A stretch of DNA of 64,000 nt, from positions 105,276,001 through 105,340,000 of the forward strand of contig NC_043006.1 of the NCBI RefSeq assembly GCF_006345805.1. Direction: 5' to 3'. Of the stretch, positions 1 through 11,183 are shown piece by piece. Numbering within the stretch: position 1 is the first letter of the stretch; every line of letters begins with the position of its first letter. A program made the position numbers and the translations under genes. The stretch is from Octopus sinensis (taxonomy: Eukaryota). The notes below the pieces were generated by a model that worked only from the letters and a program-made list of their open reading frames with translations, did no database searches and had not been told where the DNA came from.

Positions 1-297
1 ATGAAAATTCTAGAAAAATAGCAAAAAACATGAAAGAGATATTCTAAATTTCAGGGAAAAAAAAACCCTCTAAAAAGGGGACAAATGACACCAAGAAAAA
101 GATAGAGAAAAAAGAGAGACCAATAATGGAACTGGAGAAGGTTTTGATATCTAAATAAAGTGAAAGTCAGAAACAAGGGAAAACTTTGTGAATGGAAAAT
201 CATATTTGTGTTTAGTGTTATTTCATTAGTTACTGAGATAGGTTCCGTGAGGTTTTATAGTGTAGTGGGACTTGTGTAGGATTAATGATGGATAATG

Positions 298-377
<80 letters not shown>

Positions 378-402
378 CAGATAGATAGACAGATAGATGG
401 GC

Positions 403-445
<43 letters not shown>
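298..445. repeat. (GATA)n followed by (GA)n microsatellite
   Basis: Direct tandem repeat; explains the spurious YLSI-repeat ORFs at 226-487. Confidence 0.97.
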
Positions 446-447
<2 letters not shown>

Positions 448-1238
448 CAGGTGGACAGACAGAAGTGTAGACAAAAACAGCAGTCATACAGATTGACAGG
501 CCTCAGTTAGATATATGTACAGGCAGAGGAACACAGAGAGAGAGACAGAGAGAGAGAGAGATCAAATAGATAGAGAGACAGATATCAGCCAGGCGGCTGA
601 TGTTAATTATTCGAGCATTAACCCAAAGTACACCGAGAGAAGACACAAGCGATTTCATTTATTAATCCAATAAAAATATATAAGGTTTGCCAAATAAAAA
701 GCGAAGGAGGAAATGAAGTTATAATCTCAATTATTGGGGTAGGAATCTACGGTTGTAATTCCTCATTCTGTAGTTTAGTCAGCCAAAGTAAACTTTGCCA
801 AGACAGTTCGATATTACCCCACAGGAAGGTCCTTTGCGAATAAATCCCCTCCACACATACGACTGCCTATCTGTGTGTGTGTGTGTGTGCGTGCGTGTGT
901 GTGTGTGCGTGTGTGTTTATATGTAAGTATACAAGTATGAAATATATGTATACACAAGTATACACAATAATATGTACATATCAATGTATGTATGTAAGTG
1001 TGTATGCACGTACACATGCTCACATGTATGTAGATCCCTGTAAGTAGAGATATTAAGCATTTTCCCTTAGAGTTTACTACTAAATAGGATAAATCGGCTT
1101 ATATATATATGATTATATTTGTATATACAGTAAAAGTAATGCCAACTAATTCACGTGTCGATATATACAAATATGCACATAAAGACATTTTCATATATGT
1201 ATATATATATATATTATATATATATGTATGTATGTTTG

Positions 1239-1269
<31 letters not shown>

Positions 1270-1306
1270 GTATGTATCTATCTATCTATGTATCTATCTA
1301 TGTGTG

Positions 1307-1688
1307 TGACGAAGACACTTTGAGCATAATCCTATGAACCCGGAAAATTTAAAACAGAGGGTTACCTACTTGCAAACAAATGTGGTAACATGTAACATCA
1401 TGGACCGAGGTTACCGTGGTCTTTTCTGTAGACTTTTCTTCTCACGGAAAAACATTATCTGCTTCCCCCTTTACACTTTACACCATGACACTGTGATATA
1501 TGATCCCTATTGAGCGTTTTTTTCCCCTTTTTTCCCTTTTTTTCTTCTTTCCTTTTACGACCCCTTTTGATCAAAAAGCTAACCCACCCCTTTTTTATTT
1601 TTCATTGTATTTTATTTTATTTTTTCTCTTCCCCAAAAAGAAAAGCCTTACTTTGTAATCTGTCCCGTCTGTGTGGCTAATAAAGAAA
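1307..1688 (+). mobile_element. 3' end of Tx1/L1-like LINE (5'-truncated copy)
   Basis: Homologous to 43730-44113 (tgacgaagacactttgagcataatcctatgaacccgg...gctaataaagaaa). Starts at the DEDTLSIIL* C-terminus and ends in AATAAA plus gaaa, next to a TATC/TATG microsatellite. Confidence 0.7.
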
Positions 1689-2352
1689 CATATCTATGTA
1701 TGTGTGTGTGTACAAAAATAATACGAATCTATACAAGCATACAAAATATTACACATTTACAAGTATGCTGTGTGAGTGTGTATACATAAGTACAAGTACA
1801 CATATACACAAATATATATATATGTATATAAGTACAAAGCGGTAAGGGGTTGAATGAACTAATGTAAGTTCGAATAGAAGTGAACTAAATGCTTACAAAA
1901 CTATGTGTGTCATCGTTTCTTTAATGTTATATGTACACTCTGGGATACAACAGGAAACCGCGTAACATATTTACACACTTATACCATTAATACATATACG
2001 AAAACAAGCATGCACACATACCTATACTGCATATACAATTGGACAAATAGCTTCCATCGTTTCCGTAGATTTTCATTGTCTGTTATATTTTTTGTCTTTT
2101 TTTTTTGCAGTTTTTGAAAGTAGCTATGTAAAGTGAAATATGCTACAAGAAATGTAGGCCACCTCCATTAAAATATTAATGTGAGTGTATGCAGCAAAAG
2201 TGCATCCAAAACGCATGCTACTTTCATAACGCACACACGCGCACATCTATATACACATATCTAGATATCTATGTATACATGCGCACATTCACACACACAT
2301 ATGTTAATATATACACACATACACACATATTGGCATATATATATATATATAT

Positions 2353-2390
2353 GTGTTTCCGACGAAGAGCTCCGCTCGAAACGTCATACC
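2353..2390 (+). ncRNA. Minimal type-I hammerhead-like motif (CCGACGA core variant) at the start of a ~150 bp repeat
   Basis: gtgttt-CCGACGA-a-GAGC tcc GCTC-GAAA-CG-TC-atacc: perfect 4-bp stem II, GAAA, palindromic ACGT stem III, GUC site. Stem I is imperfect and U4 is C. Confidence 0.55.
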
Positions 2391-2657
2391 CTCCTTCTTC
2401 CCTCTTTCCTGAGCGCCTAATAATAATACTTTAATTGTTCCACGTGTTGTTGTTTTTTCTGTTTTTTCTGTTTTCCCATTTGGATTAAGCTTATATATAT
2501 ATATAAACACACACTGACATATATCTATAACATATAATATGTGTATGTAATGGATTGAATATGGTCGATTTATTCATTAAGTAAATGATGCATTGATGAT
2601 ATATATATATCATTGATTAATAGATAAATATATAGAAAGACTATATGTGTGTGTATG

Positions 2658-2691
<34 letters not shown>

Positions 2692-2848
2692 GTGTGTGTG
2701 TACTAATTGTGACCGAGGGTACCGAAGCACCTATATTGCAAGAAATAAGAGTTATAACTCTCAATGCTGTAAAGAAGCGAGCAATACATAAATAAATATA
2801 CACTGAGAGAGAAGATAACCGCCCCATGATCGTCTCTAGGATCACTAG

Positions 2849-2890
2849 ACTAGACTAGTTTCGCTAATTAATCGTAGGATCGTCAGTAGT
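2849..2890 (-). ncRNA. Minimal type-I hammerhead-like motif
   Basis: Minus strand reads ACTA-CTGACGA-t-ccta cgattaat tagc-GAAA-CTAG-TC-TAGT: 4-bp stem I, canonical core, palindromic ACTAGT stem III, GUC site. The basal pair of stem II is a C-C mismatch. Confidence 0.65.
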
Positions 2891-3199
2891 AACTTGTGAA
2901 ACGCTCGATGGTTTGGCCGAAACTGGCTCTCAGTATATATATATTTTTACCATAAACAACCTATACCGTAATAAGATCTGTAGCTGATTTACAGAAATGC
3001 TAATGCGTCTATTAAAAATGAACCATCCAGTGTTTGAATTGGTTCTATTGATGAGCCTACGACTCAATGGGGAAATTAGCCAAGTCTAGACATCCAAGAG
3101 ACGCTCATGAGATGGTCATCCATCTGTACTGTGTGAGTATATGTCTGCGTCTCTGTGCGTGTGGGTGTGTGTGTGTGTGTGTGTTTGTGCGTGTGTATG

Positions 3200-3645
3200 T
3201 GTATATTCTTTTACTTATTTCAGTCATTTGACTGCGGCCATGCTGGAGCACCAGCTTTTGCGAAAAAATAGACCTGAGGACATATTCTTTGTAAGCCTAG
3301 TACTTATTCTAACGGTCTCATTTTCCGAACTGCTGAGTTACGGGGACATAAATACACTAACGTCGGTTGTCAAGCGATGGTGGGGAGACAAACAAAAACA
3401 CGCAAACATATATATATATATATATATATATATGCATATATATATATATATATATATTCAGCGGTGGTGCCCCAGCATGGCTGCGGCCTTCGGGCTAAAA
3501 CATTTTTTAAGGATATATATATATACTCCGTCTACCAAATCTACTCACAAGGCTCTGGTCGGCCCGGAGCTATAGTACGACATTGCCCAAGGTGTCATGC
3601 AGTAGGACTGAACCCGGAACCATGTGGTTGGGAAACTAGCTTCTT
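3200..3645 (-). mobile_element. tRNA-derived SINE, family S2 (bipartite, with internal microsatellite)
   Basis: Matches the recurring unit accacatggttccgggttcagtcc...gccttgtgagtggatttggtagacgg / cttgacaaccga...gctccagcatggccgcagtcaaatgactgaaa seen more than 10 times in the window. Confidence 0.85.
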
Positions 3646-3679
3646 ATTTCTTTATTACATACAAGGGGCTAAACATAGA

Positions 3680-3868
3680 GGGGACAAACAAAGGGATTAA
3701 GTCGATTACATCGACCTCAATGCGTAAGTGGTACTTTATTTATCGATCACCGAAAGGTTGAAAGGTAAAGTCGACCTCGGCGGAATTTGAACTCAGAACG
3801 TAACGGCAGACGAAATATTGCTAAGCATTTCGCCCGACGCACTAACGTTTCTGCCAGCTCACCGCCTT
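3680..3868 (-). mobile_element. tRNA-derived SINE, family S1
   Basis: Reverse complement of ggcggtgagctggcagaa..gttagc...gttctgagttcaaattccgccgaggtcgactttgcctttcatcc; B-box GTTCAAATTCC. Confidence 0.85.
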
Positions 3869-3922
3869 CTTACCACACAGCCACGCCTGCGCCTATATAT
3901 ATATATATATATATATATATGC

Positions 3923-3966
<44 letters not shown>

Positions 3967-4382
3967 ATATATGCATATACATACATATACAAATGTATAT
4001 ATGAGTCCAAGACGTAACCAACAGTAAACTACATGAAATACGAAAATTAATGAGTTAAATACGCAAATAATGAGAGAAAAAAGACAATACAAAGAATTAC
4101 CCTTTACAAGTTGTCGGCTGTCTGTTTCTTCCCCATTTCATGGTATCAACGACAATATGAGTCTTCGAAGACAGTTGGTCCTATAAATACCAAAATATAA
4201 GTTTGGATTTATGGAGGGTCAAGGAGGAGGATTTAAAAATTTGGAGGTTTTTTCAAGCTGTTTATTGACTTGACCGGTTTCATTTTATGATTTTTTTAAA
4301 AATTCTAATAAACTTTCTTCCCTATTACATACATAGGATTCTATACCTACTCTAGATAACTCCACGCAGTCTTCTACTGGCA

Positions 4383-4760
4383 TTAACCCTCTTCCGCCTT
4401 CTTTCTAGGTAAGTATAATCTTTCCACTCCTGCCTTTGGGTGGAGTCCTCCATTCATATTGAATTCCTTCCTAGATATTCTGCTTAAATTTGCTAATTCA
4501 GTTTTTGTCCAATCTACAAAAGCTGCCGAGTATATAAATAATGATACTGCCCAAGTATTTACAGTCTTCCCTAGATTCGGACCATTTGGCTTTGACTTTA
4601 TTAGCTTCCTCACCCTTCTGATGTACTCCTTCTCAAATTTCGTTTTCATTTCTATAGTTAGTACTCCGTCAGATCCTAATATTCCCAACTTATAACTCTC
4701 TCCTCCTTTCAATGATTTAATGTCTGGCCATCTGGTAATTGCGCAGGTTGTGTTCTTCTG
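4383..4760 (-). mobile_element. R4/Dong-like (RLE-type) non-LTR retrotransposon RT C-terminal fragment
   Basis: ORF 4383-4712 (YK-LGIL...EYIRRVRKLIKSK.NG.N...VNTWAVSLFIYS...LHPKAGVERLYLPRKK) parallels 41280-41590 in this window. Confidence 0.85.
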
Positions 4761-4925
4761 TTGGGTATCGGCCTTCTATTGCACATGTTGTGGCCTTTCT
4801 TCAGTTTGTTGGGTATTTACGGGGTGAGTTTATTCCGGGGATTTTTTTGGAAGGCGTTTTGCATAGTAGTACGTAAATCATAAACCAAATGTTTCATAGT
4901 GTTTATGGTTATCTGTCCACCGAAC

Positions 4926-4980
<55 letters not shown>

Positions 4981-4982
<2 letters not shown>

Positions 4983-5432
4983 CATTGAGAGAGCAGTGCA
5001 TGCCATCAAAGTGATATTGGGGTAAAATATACGAAGCCCAATATCCCGTATTGGCTACCCGTCTGATAAGGGTGCAACAGGCACATGCATCACAACCATA
5101 TGTGCGCGACATGGTGATCTCATATGAAGATAAACAACGCATGACCTTGCTGGTGGGATCCAGTTAGAATTTTCTTCTGGTCGAGTAGCCCATCCCGCTC
5201 AAAAGTTCCCTGAATAAGGGTTGTTTTAAGGATGTTGAATGAAACTCTCATGATTCCAGAGGTGAATTATTCAAACCCCAAAGAATCCCTCTCAACACAT
5301 GGCTATGATGCTCCCCCACTACTTCTGCTTGTGATCAGAGATGCACATAGCGTCAGCCATTAAGTGACATGCTTAACTGATTAAGGTCAAACAACCGACA
5401 AGCAAATCTGTGGTATTGAGGAGAATATTTGC
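4981..5432 (-). mobile_element. ~550-bp non-coding repeat (family A), 5'-truncated, within (AAT)n
   Basis: Homologous to 6361-6879 and 9656-10210; flanked by (ATT)n on both sides. Confidence 0.85.
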
Positions 5433-5434
5433 TA

Positions 5435-5469
<35 letters not shown>

Positions 5470-5565
5470 ATTATATCATCATCATCATCATCATCCTCAT
5501 CATCATCATCATCATCCTCATCATATTTATTATTATTATTATTGTTGTTGTTGTTTTTGTTGTTT

Positions 5566-5597
<32 letters not shown>

Positions 5598-6313
5598 CTA
5601 ATAAGGGGGGGGGGGGTTATTTCATGGAATCACGCAGGGGTAACCAGCTTGCTACATATAGCTTACAATAACATACAGTCTGTGCTCTTCAACTACTTAA
5701 TACTTTACTGGTGATCCTACCCATGCGAAGGAGGCACGCTTTTTGCAGCAGCTCTACTGGGCACTTTATTCCCATTTCTTTTATATTTTTTCCAAAACAG
5801 TTTAGATACACTTCCTAAGGCCCCTTGAGTACTAGACTGAAAGGATTGAGGTAAGACACCTTCTTCTCTTCTTTTTCTTTTTCTTCTTCTTCTTCTTCGT
5901 CTTCTTCTTCATGCTCTCATAAACATTTTGAAGTTTCTCTTGGAAAGAAGGGTGAGAGTGGAGAGTAAAGGGAAAAGATGGATGACTGTGGCAAAAATTG
6001 TTAGAGTGAATGGCCCTATTCCAAGTATGTACCTGCGAGACTAAAGTACATGAGAGAAGCTTGTACCTTTAGTGGTCAGAGTAATCCTGGATCTGTGGGA
6101 TTCCTTGGCCCCAGATAAAGTTTTTCCAGTGTCAGGATTGTACCGTTTATGTTATCACATAATTTGTTTACGATGTATAGTTTTAGCACATTGCACTGTC
6201 TTTTCCATTGCTTTCTCCCATAAGGGAGAGTGCCCTTATGTAAAATCTCATACAAACTATTGCTTGTCCTTATGATGTCCGCCTCATCGATACCTCTGAC
6301 GCAAATAAAATAA

Positions 6314-6360
<47 letters not shown>

Positions 6361-6361
<1 letters not shown>

Positions 6362-6879
6362 GAGCGAGAAAGCAGTGCATGGCATCAAATTGACATTTGG
6401 GTAAAAACATATGAGGCCCAGTATACCCATCATGACTACCCGTCTGACAAGGGTGCAACAGGCACGTGCATTACAACCATATGTGCATGGTATGGTGATC
6501 TCATAACAAGATAAACAGCGCATGACCTTGCAGGTAAGGCCCAGGTCGAGTAGCCCATCACGATCAACAAACCCTTGACTTAGGGTTGTTTAAGGATGAA
6601 GAACAAAACAACCATGTTTCCAGAGGTGAATTATTCAAACCCCAAAGAATTCCCCTCAACACATGGCTATGATGCTCCCCTACTACTTCTGCTCGTGATC
6701 AGAGATGTATATATCGTCAGTCATTAAGGTACATGCTCAACTGGTCAAGGCCAAGCAACTGACAAGCAAATTTGTGGTATTGAGCAGAATATTTGCTGTA
6801 GACCATCTTTTATATCAAGACAAAACAATGTACATGACGACAGTTCCAATCAGGTAGGATCAGAAGACATGAGGGCTAC
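6361..6879 (-). mobile_element. ~550-bp non-coding repeat (family A) within (AAT)n
   Basis: Homologous to 4981-5432 and 9656-10210; (TTA)n on both sides. Confidence 0.85.
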
Positions 6880-6948
6880 TTATTATTATTATTGTTGTTG
6901 TTATTATTATTATTATTGGTTTTGTTGTTGGTAGTGGTGGTGGTGGTG

Positions 6949-6988
<40 letters not shown>

Positions 6989-7354
6989 CTCACCTCTATG
7001 ATGGAATTTAGGTAGGATTACTTTTGGAGAGCAAGTCACCACCTCTGACCTCAGCCATTTAAGGACTTTCGAATAACATTCACCGTTCGTAACAAGCAGG
7101 CCAGTTGCATGTATTCTACGTGCTTCTGCAAACCAATCTTTTCTATCTACTAATTGAGGCTCTTCCCTGTCTTTCCTAAAGCTCCATTGACTATCGGTAT
7201 GACCCCATTTTTCTGCAGTCCCATAATCTGCTTATGTCTCTATTCAGATCTTGATATGTATCTACCTTGTCGATTTCAATTGTTTGTGTGTCCTTGTATA
7301 AAATCAACAGATCACACCAACAAGCATCTCACTTCTAAAGTCTTTTGGCCTTGA

Positions 7355-7545
7355 GTCGGCAGAAGCGTTACTACTCCGGACAAATGCTTAGCGGCTTTTC
7401 TGAGTTCAAATTCCGCCCAGATCGACTTTGCCTTTCATCCGTTCGGAATTGATAAAATAAGTACCAGCTGAGCACCGGGGTCAATAAAATCGACTTAACC
7501 CAAATCCCGAAATTGCTGGCCATGTGTCAAAATTTGAAACCATTA
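7355..7545 (+). mobile_element. SINE family S1
   Basis: ctgagttcaaattccgcccagatcgactttgcctttcatcc...aagtaccagctgagcaccggggtc. Confidence 0.75.
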
Positions 7546-7551
7546 TGATTA

Positions 7552-8140
7552 TTTAAAGATACAGATAAGGAAATAACTTTATTCTCAAACACAGGGTAAT
7601 GCTAATAATACAGCACGGAGAGGATAAACTATCCAAATTTTGCAGAAAAATCTGTTGGCGGCTAGCTATGAGACACGAACTCACATCCCTGTGATTACGC
7701 GTCAAGTGCTTTACCATTAAGCTAAACTGCCTCAACGGCAAATTCTTCTGCAAGCTTAGGCTATATAAATCTAGCTTTATAAGACGTTATCGTACGTTAA
7801 ATTCAACTTACGTTGAAAGTCAACAAAATTTGCTTTAGAAGCGTTGAGATATATTATAAAGCTAAATTTATATATCCTAAATTTGCAGAAGAATTTGTCG
7901 ATGGCGCAGTTTATCTTAATGGTAAAGCATTTGACGCGTAATCAGCGATGTTAGTTCGAGTCTCATAGCTGGCCGCTGACAGATTTTTCTGCAAAATATG
8001 GATTGTTTATTCTGTTCATGCTATATTATTAGCATCATCCTGCATTTGAGAATAAAATCATTTCTTTATCTGTATCTTTTAATACATTACAACGCTTCTA
8101 AAGCAAAATTTGTTGACTTTCAACGTAAGTTGAATTTAAC
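7552..8140. repeat. Head-to-head inverted pair of a tRNA-like (Thr-CGT-like) element, with a nested 51-bp inverted duplication
   Basis: 7552-7782 is the diverged reverse complement of 7854-8082, and 7796-7846 is the reverse complement of 8090-8140 (50/51). tRNA-like core: gcagtttagcttaatggtaaagca.ttgacgcgtaatc...gttcgagtctc. Confidence 0.8.
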
Positions 8141-9240
8141 ATTATTATTATTTATGTAATTAAACTTATCACGGAAACCACCGAGTTTAAATCCTTCATT
8201 ATAATGAAAAGCGGCTTTGTGAAAATTAAAATACTAGATGAAACAGTTGATATAATATTTATAATACCAGATGGATGATTAGAAATTTTATTTCTATACA
8301 GTTTTAATATGGTTTCCAAACGAATATAAATATTGGTATTTTTTTAAATCTACAAAAAGCATTATTAAGTTTCAACTCAATTGACGCTCTCTCCCGCTCT
8401 CTCTCTTTCTCTCACTCCTATACCTACCTTACCAACCAACATACATATACACACATGTAATTCACATGAATATTATTTATTTGGAAACCAAATGAAGAGA
8501 TGTCCCATATAATAATCATTTCTAATCTTCTTTTTGCCATCATAAATGTTTTATCAAGTTATTTCACAAAACAAATTCTTATTATAATGAAGCATTCATT
8601 AGAACTCAAAGATTCTTAAGGACGAAATATTTAAGGACGCAACAACAACGAGATGGTAACTATGACGATGATGTGATGATGGTGAAGATGATATTAGATT
8701 GCGAAAGAGTGGATAAACGGTGTACGTATGTTAGAGGTGTGTCCAGCTCATTAGATAGATTTGACCGACAAAAAATAGTTTGTTAGTATTTTGTATTGTA
8801 TTTACCATTTAAACCGGCCATACCATCCCAAAAACATTCTACTTCTTTTATGCTTGAATTGGCAAAATCCAGCTTCGTAAAAATATCCTACAATGTCATT
8901 CTAAAAATAATTAATCACATCACCGAAATCTTGAAGCTACAAGATTATGCAAGATTAATTCAAAACAATGTCACTAAAAATTATATTTGACAAAGTAAAC
9001 CTAATGCTGAAGGGTTATGGTATGCTGAGTAAATTTTATATAGGTGGATAGCGGTGGACAGAGTTAAAATCTTCATTAGTATCTATGATAGTTACAATGT
9101 TATGCGCTAGAAGTGTCTGTTGCGGAAGCCATCGCGTATTTTTCTTTATTGGGTTTTGTTGGAAGTGTATTGCCCTGCATCCAGGTTGAAAAAAGTGATT
9201 CGCAGGTGAATGATATGAAGATATAACACTCCAAGAATAA

Positions 9241-9501
9241 TACAGTTCTATATTTAAGAGATGAGGAATTATGTATATTATTTACATTTGACGGATATTT
9301 CTCCTCATCTTGTTTGTTGTTAACACAACGTTTCGGTTGATATACCCTCCACCCTTCATCTTGGGAAAATTTCGAACCTGCGTTCTCATTTCCAAGGTAT
9401 TTTTCGATGTTATTATTATTATTATTATTCAGATCACTGCCTGGAATCGAACTCAGAATCTTGGGATTAGTAGCCTGCACTCTAAACCACTACGCCATAT
9501 G
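9241..9501 (-). mobile_element. tRNA-headed SINE with (AAT)n linker and hammerhead-like 3' module (copy 1; HHR core deleted)
   Basis: Minus strand: catatggcgtagtgg (A box)...gttcgattcc (B box)...(aat)n catcgaaaaatacctt...cccaa[deletion]gatgaagggtggagggtatatcaaccGAAACGTTgtgtt. Confidence 0.8.
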
Positions 9502-9593
9502 CTAAAGGGTTACTAACATCACCACCATATGACGTAGTGGTTAAGAGCGCAGGCTATTTACCCCAAGATTCTGAGTTCGATTTCAGGTAGTGA

Positions 9594-9628
<35 letters not shown>

Positions 9629-9655
9629 TAATAATAACAATAATAATAATAATAA

Positions 9656-10210
9656 CCAATGCCTTGATGCAGTGCCAGGCAGTGGCTCTCATGGCTTCTG
9701 ATCTTAACTGATTGGAAATGTTATGTACATTGTTTTGTCTTGGTATAAAAGATGGGCTACAGCAAATATTCTGCTCAATACCACAGATGTGATTGTCAGT
9801 TGTTTTACCTTAACCAGTTGAGCATGTCCCTTAGTGGCTGACGATATGTGCATCTCTGATTATGAGCAGAAAAGGTGAGGGAGCATCATAGCCGAGTGTT
9901 GAAAGGAATTCTTGGAGGTTTGGATAATTCACCTTTGGAAATATGGGTGTTTCGTTCAACATCCTTAAACAATCCTTATTCAGGGACCTTTTGAGCGGGA
10001 TGGGCTACTGGACCAGAAGAAATTCTAACTGGGTCCCACCTGCAAGGTCATGCGCTGTTTATCTTGATATGAGATCACCATGTCGCACACATATGGTTGT
10101 GATGCATGTGCCTGTTGCACCCTTATCAAACGGGTAGTCATGATGGGTATATTGGGCTTCGTATATTTTACCCCAGTGTCACTTTGATGCAATGCACTGC
10201 TCTCTCACTC
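9656..10210 (+). mobile_element. ~550-bp non-coding repeat (family A), apparently full length, inserted in (AAT)n
   Basis: ccaatgccttgatgcagtg...gcactgctctctcactc, with (AAT)n on both sides. Confidence 0.85.
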
Positions 10211-10293
10211 GATAATAATAAGAATAACGATAACAACAACAACATCGAAAAATACCTTAGGAATGAGAACCCAGGTTCGAAATTTCCCCCCAA

Positions 10294-10339
10294 GACACCT
10301 GATGAAGGTTGGATTGTATATTAGCCGAAACATTGTGTT
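10294..10339 (+). ncRNA. Minimal type-I hammerhead-like motif inside the tRNA-headed SINE
   Basis: GACAC-CTGATGA-a-GGTTG gattgtatat TAGCC-GAAA-CA-TT-GTGTT: stem I GACAC/GTGTT and a 5-bp stem II. The sister copy at 9322-9362 has the palindromic GAAACGTT. Confidence 0.7.
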
Positions 10340-11123
10340 AACAACAAACAAGACGAAGACAAATATTGGTCAAATATAAATAATACCCCCCAAGAATGTT
10401 TAAGATTGTACATAGGGACCTAATGGATCTGGATTATGTTGAAATCTCTCCGATTTTTTAGGTTTTAAAATTGTACTTTTGTAAGATTATCTGGTCTTAA
10501 TAATTTTTGAATTTTATATTTTCGTATTGCATTGCGTTCTGATTGTCTGGACATAAAGGGCCCAAAATACCTATTCTTCGTTCAATGTTCCTGTCTTCTT
10601 TGTGCGGGTTTGGTGGCGTCTCGCGAAATCTTTGGTAAGTGCTATGCTCGGAGCTGAGGTGTTTGTAGGTTAGTTCAGGTTTTATTGAGAAACGAAGTTT
10701 GGTATGACCGCTGTCGTTGCTGGTACTGATGCTACTAAATGGTCTTACTATTAAGCTCGTAGTATGTCACGGTTCTTATTGCTGTTTGCGGTGGCGGTGG
10801 CGGTGTCGGTGGCAGTGGGTGGCTTCGGAGGGAGCGGCAGGGTTCGACGGTTGTGACGGTGGTTGTGGTGGCAGCGGCAGCGGAGTCAGCGACAGATGTG
10901 TGGGGATAGTGGCGGCGGCGGCGGCGGCGTTAGTGATGGTGATGTTAGTGACGATGGTAATAGTGGTTGTGTTAGTAGTGAAGGAGTTGGTGGTGGGTGG
11001 GGGGGTGATGTAGGAAATAGTTAGAGGCCATCGTCGTAATGGTGTAGGTTTCGGCAGCATTTGTGACTTTGATGATGATGGTGGTAATGTTGTGATATTG
11101 GTGATGGTAGTGGTAGTATGGTG

Positions 11124-11175
<52 letters not shown>

Positions 11176-11183
11176 TATAGATA

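Larger units (their letters stand above)
9526..10385 (+). mobile_element. tRNA-headed SINE with hammerhead-like 3' module (copy 2), interrupted by family A insertion at 9656-10210
   Basis: catatgacgtagtgg...gttcgatttc head (9526-9599), then (AAT)n, and after the insertion catcgaaaaataccttaggaatgagaac...gacacCTGATGAa...GAAAC. Confidence 0.8.

Noticed and set aside
4255-4300. GAAACCGGTC on the minus strand as another hammerhead
   Set aside because: No acceptable CUGANGA-like core or stem I upstream.
5604-5616. Poly-G run
   Set aside because: A single homopolymer next to microsatellites; no supporting context.
7890-7970. Functional tRNA genes (also 9430-9501, 9526-9599, 24011-24085)
   Set aside because: Acceptor and anticodon stems do not pair properly, and each continues into a repeated body, so they are SINE heads.
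10390-10710. Possible retroelement fragment after the HHR-SINE
   Set aside because: No frame gave a recognisable RT or endonuclease motif.
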